This document shows, in pieces, positions 1-14,635 of a stretch of 64,000 nucleotides of DNA (within the stretch, counting starts at the first letter, position 1; each line of letters opens with the position of its first letter). The DNA comes from Kudoa neothunni. Its lineage: Eukaryota > Animalia > Cnidaria. The position numbers were made by a program, and so were the translations under genes. Location: NCBI GenBank assembly GCA_964304625.1, contig OZ199838.1, positions 10,423,817 to 10,487,816 on the forward strand, given 5' to 3'. The notes beneath the pieces were generated by a model. It did not search any database and was not told where the DNA came from. It saw only the letters and a program-made list of their open reading frames with translations.

Positions 1-505
1 ATGTATAGTAAAACGAGTGGAATATTTTAATATTTAATTTTAAAAATAGTGGGTTTGATCAAAGTAAGTTTTTGAGTGTCTTAATTGTATATTAGTAATA
101 ATCTTGTTTATGCTGATTTTTTAACGAATTAAATTTTAGATTTTCAAGCCTTTATTAAATTTTTAAATTAAGAGTTAATTTTAAAATCCTGTGCAAAATC
201 GCGCAATATTCATGTATAAAATAAAAAAGTACAAACAATATTTAAGTTATTAAATGTAGGTATAAAATTTAATGAATATTCAAACTGATAATATAAAATG
301 TCTTTAATTTTAATATTGTTTTACACTCCAATAAAATAAATTAAAATACACTAGCATAATTTCGATTTTTGTTAAATAAAGATATATGAATTATACCTTA
401 TGAGATATTTTTTAGAAAATGTTATTCTATACGCCAGGGATAAATTAAGTGACATTAAAATTAGATGGGGCGATTTTTGCGAAATGCGGCTTGTGACTTA
501 CTTAA

Positions 506-1842
506 CCTTCCAAGCGTCTCTGGGGTCAATATGACCCCAGCCGGCATTCAGTCGTATTTTAAACCAACTTATAAGTCAAATTTATATTTAAAACCTTGGT
601 TACTTTCCTAAAAATTCCCGATTTTTCTAAATTAACGGTACTAAATGTTTTTTTGAAATAAATAAGCTTTACACAAAAAATACCAACAATCTCCATCTTT
701 TGGGGTCAATATGACCCAGTCAATTAGAAAAAAATATTTTATATATTTCTAAACTATAGATTAAATATTTTTAAACAATTTATTTAATTAGAATTGAAAT
801 TTTGTTAAATAAACACGGAGTAAAATTAAAAATTAAATTTCCGATCGCCGGCGAGATAAATTTTTAACGATGACCGATTTTGACCACGATTTATTGTCAA
901 ATAATGATACTAAGGTCAGTGAAATTTATGACGGAATTCAATAATTTAATTTTGCATCTGAATCTGATTTTTATGACAATGAAATTTCTGAAAATTGCTA
1001 TGTGGATAAAAATGGAGATAAGTGGTCGGTTGAAAAGCTTAGAATAACGGAAACCAGAGGTTATACTCCATTATAATCAATACAAGGGTGGTTTAGACAC
1101 AGTCGGCAGGATTATATCTACAACAAATGTCAAAAGATACACAGATCGATGACCAACAACTGTTTTCTACAATATGATTGATATTAGCTGAATTAACACA
1201 TTTCACATTACATGAATATTTTCTCAGATTAATCCAGCTCCAGGTTCAAATTTTTGGAACAGTTAGCTGATAGTCTAGTTAAAAATTATATTCGCGATAA
1301 CGTTAAATATGTTGAACAACACGTTGCGACTAGCGAGCCTCGATCTAGTAGAAAAAGATGTTTACCGTTTGACTATGTTCGAGACAAAAAAATAAAATCA
1401 TTCAGGTCCGATACACAATTATATCGTGAAAATCACTCAAAATTTACCAGCTGAAAGTGCTCCAAATAAATCAATTATTAGGCTTCAAAAAAATATATTA
1501 AACTCTTCATTTTTCTTTATAGATGATTGATTTTTTTAACTCTCAAAAATATACCTTACTCTAATTTTATCAAATATTTGGAACTTCATATATAGGAATA
1601 GTCATACGACTTACATTAGTCAAGAATGATTTACATACACAATTTTCATGCTTCGGTAGTATTCGTACAATCTCGTAGCCGCTATTTTTAGCCATTACTC
1701 CGAAGTTAATGATTAGATTTTAGTTTAGTCCCCATAAAACGTCATTAAATATTTTAGTACACAGTTATAAGAAAAAGATATATGGGGTCATATTGACCCC
1801 AAAAGAAGAGAGTGTATTGTCGATTTTGGGGCGCTCGGAAGA
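506..1842 (+). mobile_element. Internally deleted piggyBac-like element
   Basis: TTAA at 502-505 followed by CCTTCCAAGCG; the right end CGCTCGGAAGA is followed by a degenerate CTAA. GGGGTC-N5-GACCCC palindromes at 522, 702 and 1784. Transposase C-terminal remnants (VFYNMIDI..., SRKRC) at about 1160-1450. Confidence 0.75.
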
Positions 1843-3254
1843 CTAATGATTTCTAAGGAATTATACTATTTAGGGCAATTATATTCAATAAGTCGTTAGA
1901 AATGCTTAAAAAAATTTGTTAGAAATAGTTATTTAACAATTATTTATATAGATGCTATCAGTCTCTTGCTCCTATGCCTCATTTATTTTTTAGAGATGTA
2001 GCCGAATAATAATAAAAATACTTAAAATGGCTATTTCCATAGTAAATACTATTCAAGTGTCACTAATTTTTATTATTTTTAATTATTTCTGGCCGTAAGA
2101 GCGCAAGAAAGGTTCGAAAATGATTAAATTTAATAGAATCTGATAAGCTCAATCTTTAGGCAGCTTGTTAGTAAAAGTTTCTGGGATTAAAAATTGTCAT
2201 TACGCGGGCATACATACCTTTTAGGATTAGAGTTTACAGTGAAAATACCTTCCGCCTTATTTAAACCAGTGAAAAACCTTAAAGTATATATGAGTTTGAT
2301 TTCCGAGTTTGGGGGTAAATTTGAAAAAACAGTTAAGAACCCCTGTTACACTCGAACCTTAATAACTTATATCACCACTATTTAGATTCTATTCTTTTGA
2401 GTTTTAATATTAACATAAAGACATTATGATTTAAAATTATGCAACATAAATGGACAAGAAACCTTTGTTGTTTAAATATAGGACTTTGTGTAACAAATCC
2501 CTATAGAAATGTGAAGAAATATTGATAATTTATAAATGAAATAATTAATTAAGATTGTTTTAATATGAAATATGAATATTGTTAATCAATAAATCGTTTC
2601 AAAAAACTTTTTTCCCTTAAGAAGAGTTATAATTATTCTATGATGAATTGACTTTAAGATTACGGATTAATTATATCAATCGATTATAAAAACTGGATTA
2701 GGTGTTCAGACTTTGTAATTGGCAATCATAAAAAAACGTAAACATTAAAGGAGGTAATAAATCCTATGAGAACACCGTTTTTAAAATGTGTTACATTTAT
2801 TGGATGCACTCCTCAGATCACTCTCACTCAATACGATTTTCGTCAATTTTATTTATCCATTAGACAATATTCTGATAAGGAAGAAAAATATTTTAAAATA
2901 TTATTTATAAGGTGCTTAGTTGAATGGATGCTTCGATTAACTTTGTATGGTGCTTTATGGAATTAAGTTCCCATATTCTCACACATTATGTATATGCCAC
3001 TGTGACGATAATATAACGTAACGAATTGTCTTAATTTAGATAACGGCATTAAATTCACCTAAACCTATGTTCGATGAGTCCGCCTCAATTTAATGATAAA
3101 ATCATCGGATATTAAAAATGTGCGATCAGGTGTTCAACTTTAGTAAATCTTTACAATTACTTACAAGGCTTTGGAATTTAAATGAAATGCATCTTTGGAA
3201 CCGAATAGATCGCAAACATCAACCATGTAACGACATACAAAACAACTATCAACT

Positions 3255-3676
3255 CTAATTATTCTCCAAATAGACAATTCGTTCGTGTGAGAGATAAATT
3301 TTTTGAGGCTCATTCAAGTTGAAATATCCAACAGGCCCCATTTCACAGTCAGCACAACATAAATACACTTTATCTTGGTATGGTTTGGTGACACCTATAT
3401 TTTCAAAGGTGAATATCCCATTTACAATCCAAAATGATCGACAGTTTTGAGAATCAAACTCTAAAATAGTGTTTTTCTTGTACATATGAGGTAATTGTTG
3501 CTAAAATAGCATTAGAGACTTCAAAAGTTGCAATTTATCAAAAATACGGCGTGATCCTGATCAAGAGTTGCTTTGGTTGGAGTCAACATTAACGATTTAC
3601 AAAATTGACACACCAACTTATTCTCATTTTTGATCACTAAATCACCGCGACTACTTGAGGCGTCGATCGATTCCAT
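3255..3676 (-). CDS. RABIF: MSS4/RABIF Rab-interacting nucleotide release factor (2 exons)
   Basis: Exon 1 MESIDASSSRGDLVIKNENKLVCQFCKSLML...DHA, a 47-nt GT-AG intron (3501-3547), then exon 2 with FWIVNGIFTFENIGVTK and YLCCADCEMGPVG. These are the Mss4 signature motifs with two CxxC zinc ligands. Confidence 0.92.
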
Positions 3677-6600
3677 TACAAGTTTTAGCAAATTGTCTCG
3701 AATCCTTATTACACTAATCCACGCTAAGTATGCTCATGGCGTCCTCTGCGCAAATATAACTATCAGCTAGATATTTCGTTTTTCGGTGGTCCAAAAGTTC
3801 TGCTTATCATTATTTGTGCACCGAAATAATTTCTATCAACAACTCTGATAAATTCAGGTACTTTGATCTAGTTGTCGTTGGTATTTATTGAAATATTTAA
3901 AATTGTTTTGACAGATTTTCTTTGGAAATAATCCCTATTATCAAATCTGTAAATTCCTTTGGATGAATTTGAAAGCTTCTCGAACAATCCACAACAACAA
4001 AGTAATTTTTGATTACCTAAATACAATTTATTATTTTTATTCGGGTTCATCTATCTCTGTCTCTCTGGTCGGGCATTATTTAAAACCCAAAGTCGATTCT
4101 CAATTATTTAACGAATAATTTAAAGATATTTTATTCTCAACGCTTATAACTTACTGGTCGAAATGGAATTACACAAAATAAATAAAATAAGTTACAGCTT
4201 ACCCTGATTTAAAAAATTGAGAAATGCTGTAGGTTTTCGATTTTCGTAAATATTCTCGAGACCTCCGATAAATTACTGAAAATGCATCGCAGACTTGTTT
4301 TATATACTTTTTCGGTAATTCTTATAGAAAATAATAATTTTTAGTATCGAAGTCATAATATGACACGCAACCATTATTTTTAAGCGAGTTTTTATTTTTC
4401 TCATGTTAAATAAAGTCTTTGATTATATTATTTTTAACATTTTATTCGATTTGTGCTGACTCTTCCAAGCAGTCCAACTCTCTATCGGCCAAATTTATTT
4501 GATTAAGAAAAATATTTAAACGTATCTTGGCCAAAACGATGTTTTTGAATGTCAGTTTCCTTGTTTTCGCGGTCTTCACCCCATTTATCTATCGATGTAT
4601 TACAATTATTAAAGAGAGGTTCCATTGCAATTTTCTAAAATTGGTACGATATGATCTTTTTGTATGAGCTCATTGATTTCGTTATTGAATTCACTATCGA
4701 TAATATTAATGATATATATTATACCGAATATATTTACTAAGGGAAAAAGATTTTCTAAAGAAATCAATTGTTGATTCTTTTATATATTTAACTAACTTTA
4801 ATATTTTTAGTATTTTTTGAAGAAAATTTGGTAGCAGTATATTTCTATCATTATTAAATGCAATATTTTATTTTTTAACAAGAGTATGTTTGGAATTCGT
4901 TTTCATGCAGCGAATTTTCTGTTGATTGATAGGTATTAACATTGTTTAATCATTTCAAAAATAAAATAATGATGTATAATTTTAAATCATTATGGCAAAT
5001 AGCGCTATCGAGGGATAATAGAATTTTTGATTAATTTTTTTGAATATATTATTTAATAAAATATGATGCTTTTAAATATCTTACTTTTGGCACGTGCTTT
5101 ATTATTTAACTATTATCTAACATCGAACGGGTAAATTTTAAAGGTGGTAAAGCAACATTAACTCTTACAATGACTAATCCAAAGACTCTCTGCTTGATCC
5201 CAAGGAATGGGCGCACATAAACAACGAAAAAAGTTTTCTGATCCATTTCTAGATGTGAATTGGTTTCGAAACTTGAATCAAATTTTAATTTAGAAAATTT
5301 ATTAATACTTTAAAAATAAATTCCCCTATTTGTTTATAAAACAGTCTCATTTTATTTAAATTGTACAAAAAAATTTACTGAATATTATTTTGCATATCAT
5401 ACAATTTTGATTTCTAATTTTGGTGACAATTGTGAATGGATAAAGAGCTTTTCCATAAAAGATGATCATTTTTAATTACATTGTCACTTATAACCTCGGC
5501 ACTATCAAAGCATCACTTACTGGTTACATGAGAACAATCTTGTTAATTTCTTCCGCGTATTTATGATCTAGTGTAAATGAAGCCAGTTTTCTTGACTCTC
5601 AATAAATTTATTCAATCATAAACATTTTATTCGGTTGTTAAATGTTTTATTTTCGATAGAACCAGACTTGCTTTACATTAAGTTTTTGATTTTCCCATCA
5701 TGCTTTAGAAACTCTACAAATTAGAGTAGATAAGAGATTATAATGAAGATAAAGAACTTCCCAAGCAGATTTTGTTCGCCCAACTTCTAATCACTTTGAT
5801 AATAATAAACGTTACTTTATTTTTACATGAGCCTTAAAGTTATAAATTATATAACTAATTGTGGCCACGTAGTTTATAAATTAAGATGGTAATTGAAAAG
5901 TTACGTAAAATCGATAATCACTGTATTTAAAAAAACATTTACGAAGCACTGCTTTATGTAATTTTTAATCTGAATTTTAACCATCTAACGTAATAATTAA
6001 AAAAATAGTTTTATCTTTTCAATTATATGTACGAGGAAAAAATAAAATCACATTAAATCAGTTATACAAATAATCGATATTCTACGATATGATAAAACCA
6101 TAAAATTTAACAAATTTTTTAAAAGATTCCAGTAATAAATACTTCATCTGATTGCTTATAGATTGAAAAACCAATTATTTTCGTTTGAAATGCATAACAA
6201 GTTTTATTGTTATATAAAAAATATTTAACTAAAAAATAAAACATTATATAAAATTAAGGTTTGGTTATCGATTTGAAGATTTGTAATGACTTATTTTAGT
6301 TTTGTTCAAAGCTAAATAATTTAAAATTTAAGGCAAAAGCATTTTATGTGTGTCTTATATGTTGGAGAAAGTTTTTTTGATAAGAAATTATAAACGGCCG
6401 GACAATTTATAAGATCGTGGAGTCTTGCTTGGTTACTGCGCTTCCTAAAACGCTGTAGGCACGGCAGCGAGTCACATATAACCCCTAATTTTATAAGTTT
6501 ATCCTCCCCCCTTGACGTAATATGGAAATTTAACCTACCAAATAATCTTTTCTTGGATTTCCTTTTACGTACTCTACTTCTTCAACTTTAAGACAGTTAG

Positions 6601-6784
6601 CTCTGTGGGCCTGTGAATCAAATTCTTTATTACCTAATACGTCACTGACAATTCAAATGTTTAATCTGGTCTTTTACACTGGGTCTGACAATAACCACAT
6701 GTGCATGTAACTTGATAATGAACAAACACATTAACTAAAAGCTTCAATTCAGTTATCCAGGCCTAAAAAATAGTCAATAACTGT

Positions 6785-6858
6785 ACAGGAGCCGGAAACG
6801 AACTTGCGACTTCCGGATTTGCCGTTCATTGGCCAAACTCCCCTGACATCCATCCGCC
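6785..6858 (-). repeat. tRNA-derived SINE head or tRNA pseudogene (degenerate)
   Basis: GC-rich patch with a B-box-like GTTCGTTTCC on the minus strand. No clean cloverleaf could be folded by eye. Confidence 0.3.
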
Positions 6859-7541
6859 GTAGTGTAATTTCGGCAAAATTTGGTAATGGAGACTCCAATC
6901 TTAATTTAATGGATCAACAACCATTCTTGATAAGATTAAATTAAAAGTAATGATATTGAAGGTTTAGAACTTCAAAATGAACGAAATTTTATAAAAATAC
7001 TTTTTTCTTAAGATTTATGAGTTAAATAAATTTTCTAGTTAAAATAAAAATGATGTTGTTTCTGTGGAAATAATACTAATGCTGCTTAGTCTAAAAATAG
7101 TCATTTCCTAAGGTTTGTGTTTTTCGTTTTAATAATTAATATTTTTCAGACAATAAAACGTTTATTTTCGATTAATATTAATATTAAAGATAGGCATATC
7201 AGGTTTTTTGTTTCTTATATATACTCGTGGTTAGTTGTTATCAACGAGATATAACTCTGTTGATTATATCTCATTGAATGGAATAAGTAGATTAATAAAA
7301 TGAGATATTTAACAATTCATAAAAAGCATTGATTATTAATATTTCCGAGTCGTTTTTCGGTATTCCTTAAGTTGTGGTTGTGAGTGGTGTTAACTGTGTT
7401 ATTGTGATTATCTTAAGGCGGAAGGGAACGCGTCCATCGGTTATTGTAGATTAATTTCAAGGATCATTTAGGTACAAGAAAATTTTAATATAATATCTAT
7501 TTTCCATTTCTTAACTTATTATTAGAATATATTCCTAACCA

Positions 7542-9208
7542 ATGATAAAAACAGTCGTTCTGTTGCTAATTGGGCTTATCGGCAGCCCTTGTAAACTGGA
7601 AGATACCATAGAAAACGAACAGTCCATTTTCAAGAACAAACTAGGAACTTGTCTAAATATTTCAGTTATTCTTGGTAAAAAGAATATTTTTAGAGTATTT
7701 GCAAAGTTGTAATAAATTTTGTCTAGTCCCCGGATTATGTGGGTCACAACTGACATATTCGAAAAGCCGTCAAAGTGGCAAAACAACTCATTCTTCATTT
7801 TTTAATAGCTTATGGATCGACCCTTTAAAGTTGTTAAGTCCACGTTTTAAGAGTTACCTAAGGTAATAATATTTATATTTTTTGGCATTAATTAGTTGTT
7901 CTAGACCACATTACAACTCATCAACAAATACCATTGAGGATCACCCAGGAATATCAGTCAGTACTTCATCTGAAAATTCTACCGATTCTGTAGAATTCTT
8001 AACTCCAAGATATGAATTTTTATTGGAACATTGGTCCAACTATTTTTATACTATCTCGAAACATCTCACTGAAAATCATTGTTTCACACGGAATGTTGAT
8101 TTGTTTGCTTTGCCGTATGACTTTCGTGTAATAACATGTAATTTTTCCGCTTTCCCTGTTCTCGATTACTTTAAATTTATTATAAATTCTCGTAGATAAA
8201 CCAAGACTTGAAGAGCTGTTTCAGAGACAAAAGATTTTGGTGGAAAACATCTACGAGCAAACCAGAAAAAAGATTGTGTTTATTACCCACAGTCTAGGTT
8301 CACCTCTTACGAATATGTTTCTCAATAGAATGTCTTCAGCTTGGAAAGACCGCTATATTGAGGGCTGGTTTTCTATAAATGGTGTGTTCAATTATGACGT
8401 TGTTGCCCTTGATGCAGTAACCCTTGGTAATAACCCTTTTATTCGTTTTCTACTTCCCAATTCCTACATAAAAAATATTACAAGTTATATGCCAACTATG
8501 TACAGTATTATGCCAAATCCAAAGAATACCCCCAAACCAACGGTATATGTTTATTGAAAATTTTTAATATCGGTATTTTCGAAAAATAACAGAAAGCGAT
8601 TATCCTCATTAATCTATGCTATTCAGATATTAACCTTTTATCTTTTGGATCCTTATTTGATTTTAATTGATCAATATATTGATGGGATGTTAAATTGCAA
8701 CACAATTAAACTCTATGAAGTTGTTTTCCCCAATGATTCAGATTATTTTGGTGAAAAGTTAATTAGATAGCATTTTTAGGTGATTGCTGTGGTTGATGGA
8801 GTGGAATACATAGTTGGAGATTTGTTCAAATTCTTCAATATGACAAAAATTCCTCATGGGGAAAAACTTTTGGAACTTTCAGAATCAATATTTGAGTGTT
8901 TCAAAAATGACATCAACACTAATTTTGTATTTTCTACCGGAATAAAAACCAAAAATGTTATTTATTTGAAAAAACAACCTGATGGCAATTTTATCGAGGA
9001 AGGTTCACAACTCACAGATGGAGATGGAACTGTCACCTATGCTTCATTGACTCCCCCAAATTATTGCAATGGAACCACCAATTCAACAAATGGTAATAAA
9101 TGGATTGGGAAATCTGTCATAGATGGTGTTGACCATATCAATATGATGTTTGAGAAAAGAATGTTAAAACACCTGACTGATTTCCTAACCACAATAAATA
9201 ATAGCTAA
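7542..9208 (+). CDS. LCAT / group XV lysosomal phospholipase A2-like lipase, copy 1 (5 exons)
   Basis: Signal peptide MIKTVVLLLIGLIG; motifs VILVPGLCGSQL, LPYDFR, ITHSLG (catalytic Ser), DGDGTV (Asp) and VDHINM (His). Four GT-AG introns give a continuous frame. Confidence 0.9.
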
Positions 9209-9643
9209 CCACATTGTGTTGCCAGCTGAATTAATTATATTTATGATGTGAATCTGTTTTGATTTTGGGGTTTTATCGCCTAAATTGTTACGGTTTAAGC
9301 CAGTGACCGTTTGAATGTATTGTTAAAATTTCAAAATATAATAATTAAATATTTTTTTCCACTTCAAAAGCTAGTTAAACCATTAAAATGTACCAAGGGA
9401 GTCAATTGCTTATATGAATACACTAATCAGTCTTAATACATGAATACTGCGTGCAAAATAGTTATCAATTCCACGGGGGAAAATGAATTCTTTCGTAAAA
9501 TAAAATTAATTAAATAACCTACGACAGCTACATTTATAGAAATTGAAACAGTGGATTTTTAAATTATACAGATAGTTCGTCGCTTGTGCTTTTAATTCAG
9601 AGCGGAACAACGAATGTATTTCCAGTAGTTGGTTATTGACGTG

Positions 9644-11112
9644 ATGTACGCAAGATTTTTGGCTCTGACTCTAATTCAGATCCTGTTTTTACGAGGGGAT
9701 TTATTTTTTGGTAAATACACTAACCACCATAAACTACCTCCAATAATATTAGGTTGAATTATTTGGTTAGTTGAGTTGCCATATGTTAATTGTATTAAGT
9801 GCCTGGAGCGGGTGGTAACAGACTTTACGCTGAAATACACAATGCCAAAGATTACATTGATCAAGGTTGTTCACTGAAATATTTCAAAGGTAGATTCAAT
9901 GTGTGGGTGAATTTGAAATTTCTATTTGAACCAAAATGTTTGGCCAAACTACTTTCGTAATTATTGTTTTATTGATCGGTTTTGACCGCCTAAATAATAT
10001 CAATAATGAATTTTAGTATGCAATTTGTCAATGGAACAAAGAATTTCTTCAAAGATGGGCCGTATGCAACGATATACGCTAGTGAGTTCGGTCCTACTGC
10101 AAACCTTGAATATCTAACTGAAATCAACACTCCATTTTTTGGATATTACAAAAATCTTGTAAAGAATCTTGTGAAACTTGGATACATTCGTGGTATTAAT
10201 TTGATTGGAGCACCATACGATTTTCGAAAAATTACACGTATTAAATTTCCAGTTAAGAATAATGCGATTATCATGGGTTTTAGTGGATAACGCAAAAATT
10301 GAGTATTTCAACAAACTCACCAACTATACGGAAAACTTAGTGCAATTTTTTGGCAACAAAATAATAATTGTCTCGCACAGTTTGGGTAGCCCATTGATTA
10401 AAATGTTTTTCCAATCAAAACCCCAATCGTGGAAAAATGCTCATATTCACGCTTGGTTCTCAATCAATGGAGTTTTTTCTGGTACTATAAACTCAGTAAA
10501 AGCTGCTCTGGTTGGTTACAACTATGGAATTCCGTTGTCAGAGAAAAAATTAAAGATTTTCCAGAAAATCCAGTCCACTTTACCCACTGTCTACTATCTT
10601 ATGCCAAGTCAAAAAATCTACGGCAACGATCATGTATTATTTTTATTTGTGTCGTGTTCATATAGCAGTCATTTAATCAACCTCAGCATATAAGTTTGTT
10701 TTAGGAACTGGTCAAAGTTGACCACAAAATTTACACCTACAATAACTTGAGTGAAATTTTTATGATAAAAAATCTTCCGTTCGCTCAACTTGCTAGAGAT
10801 CTCACCGATGATATCTGGTCAGAGCTACCTACTGGAGTTCGAACCCATTGTATTTATTCAAACGGGTATCAAACACTCAAAACTCTCGTTCTTGATTCCA
10901 ATTATGAAATCAACTCCAACAATCAGATATATACTGACGGTGATGGCACTATAACACTTGATTCACTCAGTTATTGCCACAAAAATAAAACTTCAAATAA
11001 TTCCATCACCTACGAAATATTCAATAATCTAAACCATTTTCGAACAGTCAAACATCCTAGAGTATTTGATTCATTAAAAAAAATCATTCAAGAAAACATG
11101 TACACAACATGA
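9644..11112 (+). CDS. LCAT / group XV lysosomal phospholipase A2-like lipase, copy 2 (5 exons)
   Basis: Hydrophobic N-terminus MYARFLALTLIQILFL; motifs PIILVPGAGGNRL, GAPYDFR, VSHSLG, DGDGTI and LNHFR. Intron positions match copy 1. Confidence 0.9.
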
Positions 11113-12168
11113 AATAAAACTGCTTAATAATTTATTTTTATATAATAATGGATTATTTAAACAGTTATATTCTTATCTTTATGAATAGAAAACAGTGATT
11201 GATTTTAAATCTAGGTTGATGGTTTTTGTAAGTTAGCATTCCGCTGTTTTATATATTCTCTGGCTGTTGGGACTTTACCTAATACAATAGTTAGATATTT
11301 TACTACATTCTAGCGTTTAAAAGAGCATAAAATATTTAATTATATTAGCAAATCCAAATTAGGAAGATTCCGAGAAAATCGAGAAATAAACAAGACTACA
11401 ACAGACTTAAATAACGTAAACATAATGATATTTATCTGTAGTCTAGTGTGCAACAATAAGTTGTACTCATTTCCTCCAAATAATTAAGTCATAATACTTT
11501 GGATAACTACGTAGAATTATTTTCAATTTTATTGATTTTTCTTTGTAACAACTATTTTTACTTATTAATTCAATGTCGTATATTAAATAATTATTTGTTG
11601 TTTAATTCAAAATTTTTTATGTTGAGCTTTTCAGTAAATGTGGACATCCCCTCATGTGGTTGGTCAGAGCGAGCGTAAAAATGTCTATTAAATAACTCAG
11701 TTAAAACAGATGTTGAATCAACCCGGTTTTTATCCCACTCATACGAACTCTATGATTTTATGCCGCATTTTGAGTGTTTAAATAACGTTTTCCTTATAAT
11801 AATCTAAAAATTGAGCTAAATTATTACTGTAAAATTCAAATAATTTTTCCTTCAACTTGCCAAATTCTGAATTTAAGTGCTAGTGTGGAACAAATGCGAA
11901 TGATTTCAGACATTTAACAAATAGGTTAAATCTGTAGTCTTTGTAATATTCGTTGGATAGTCCAAGATTTTCTACTTTTCTGCAAATATTGTCTGACGTT
12001 GAACATACAAAAAATATGCTTTGGTTCTTTTTTTAAAATAATTATAAGTTGACCGTACTGAATCAACAATGACGTTTTTGGGATGGTCGGTGGACTTTCG
12101 CCTAGAGATGATATTAATAGCAGAATCATATTCCACTATACTTTTCCATTAAGTAGTGTATATATTAC

Positions 12169-14635
12169 GATAGTGTCTCCTGCCACAACATTGGTGCATG
12201 CGCGGAAGATTAAAGGATTATTTTTATTTCTTTCATTTTGCGCGTTGTGCTGCGAACAATAAAACAAAAATCATTAATACCAACAAAATATATTTTTTCA
12301 TATGCAATTAATCATTAATGAAATTATTTTCTATATTTCACATAATTTGTTTTTTCCTTGGGTCTACCTTTGGATTTAACTTCATTAACGATAAAATAGG
12401 ACGATCCTCCAACGTTTTCAGCGGTATTTTCATAAAAATACGTTCTGTTTCTTTCATATTTTTGCAATAATGAGGTAATGTCTTTGAATAAACTGGAATA
12501 CTCTTTACCTCCAAGTGCATTTAGTGTAACGGTTTGTCCGCCAGTTTTTTGTTATTTTTAAGGTTATTTTTTTCGGTTTTCTCAGATTCCTCATAAGCGG
12601 GAGTCGACTCATTCAGTTCTTCATCATTCATAATTGAATCAGATGAAGTTATCTTTACTACATCAGTGTCTTGTTCTGAAAAGGAGTTCAACGAAGTTTG
12701 GAGAGGTAAAATTGTAAGGGACCATCGTGGAATAAAAGTGAATCGATTTTTATGACATGTATTTTGATCAAATTTAACAGATGGGCATACGGTAGTTTGT
12801 GTTGATGGAAAAAGGGGCAGTCACAAATCAATGTTCCGTTAGTTTTAATAATCATAGCAGAGTTAGACAACAGATGGACAAAATAATTGGATTTAAGTTC
12901 CCACATTGTGATAAACTCCTCGGATTTATAATTATCCATAATTTTTTCCACACCATATGGTGAGTAACAACTTAAAAGTTTATTAAACATTGGATCATCT
13001 GATATTTTTAAAGTTTTCATGGATAGTTGTTGTTGTTGTTGTTGTTTGATGGTAAATTCGCTTTCTAATATGCGTACATACCGCAGAATTTCATCAATTT
13101 GGACCGGTAACGAAGATTTTGATAAGAAATTTTTTAGTTTACCGTGAGCCTGTTCAACTCTATTATTTATTTGTGTTGGAACCGAAAGTTAATGCGTTTT
13201 TCCTCAAACATTGTGCCCACATCTCCGGATTTTTCAACCAACATTAACGAGATACGAGAAATAAGGATCACTTATTCCCTTGATTTCATGTACGTAACAA
13301 AGAAATTCACCCCAAGTTTTGCAATAAATGATCTTTTTTGAAAGAAGCTTTATTTTGTTCATTGTAAGTTGATTATATCCAAGTGATTTAATTTTTCTAA
13401 TCATAGAATTTTCAACGTGATAGGAACACAATAATATTCTAGCATTAGGTAGGAATTTCTCTATCGAGTTCATTTCTGTGGAATCCTTATCAACAAAAAC
13501 CACTTCTGTGATGGACACTTCATTCATTAATCTACAAAACGAAGACATAACTGTATCAATGGAATCTTGGGATTCGTCTTTTACAAATGCGAAAAAAACA
13601 GGACGTGTACGTCCGTATGAATCAACAATAGTGAAATGGTATAATGGGTATCTTGTTTTATTAACTTTGTAGGTGGCATCAATATGTAAAACTTCACCAT
13701 AATCAACATACAATTTTTTCATATTTTGAGTACTGAAACATAAAACGTTTAATTCGTGCGATGCTTTAAATTTCGTATTTTTTTAAACTAAACGGAATAT
13801 TGAGATCGGATTCGAGAGTTTCTTTCACTCGTTTATTGTCTGCACCCCAAATGAAACATTGTGACAAAGTTCTTTTTAATTCATGAGACACATTTTGACT
13901 GTGTTTGTAATAACTTACATCATATTTAGGATGATTATGGGTGATGTCATATTTAAGTACACTAAGTGACTCATCTCGAAAAGATATGACAATGAATGCA
14001 GGACAACCTTTCATCAATGATGATTGGAAATCTTTTAAATATTTGCTTTTAGAGTTTTTATCTCCATGGGGACAAATGTATTTGATATATCTGTAAATTA
14101 ACTTTTTGTTTTCATCCTGTGTGATATCGTTCTTTAGTTTGACACTCTTGTCCACTCTGTATGTAAATCCAGAACTCTAATTTTTTTTAAATACAACGTT
14201 TCTCTAATTTAATACTTTTATAAAGTCATCAAGACATTGTTTCATTTCAGAATATGAATAAAATCGACCGTGAAAGAATCTATGTGTGTTATCCGCCATA
14301 CCAATGCACTTAATCAGTTAAGAACTCACGTGAATTATTAAAGGATATTTGTTAAATAGATGTTTCTAGTCAAATTTAGAAACTTATTAACTCCTCCAAA
14401 CTTTTACTTTTACAAAAATAATGGTATAAAATCGTCCAAGATGGTAATATCAACAATTCACATTTTATTAACTGCAATTACAAACTGATGTACTTAACGT
14501 ATTTTAAAAAATATATTTTGTTGGTATTAATGATTTTTGTTTTATTGATCGCAGCATAACGCGCAAAATGAAATAAATAAAAATAATCCTTTAATCCTCC
14601 GCGCATGCACCAATGTTGTGGCAGGAGACACTATC
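12169..14635 (-). mobile_element. Mutator-like element (MULE), full length
   Basis: Near-identical TIRs of about 130 bp starting GATAGTGTCTCCTGCCACAAC. Perfect 9-bp TSD ATATATTAC at 12160-12168 and 14636-14644. Confidence 0.95.
12338..14299 (-). pseudogene. MULE transposase with SWIM finger, frameshifted
   Basis: MULE DDE motifs HIDATYKVN, VFVDKD and LLCSYHV; SWIM-like CDCPFFHQHKLPYAH; one apparent 5' intron; a CAA run at about 13026-13047 encoding poly-Q. Split over at least four ORFs. Confidence 0.88.
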
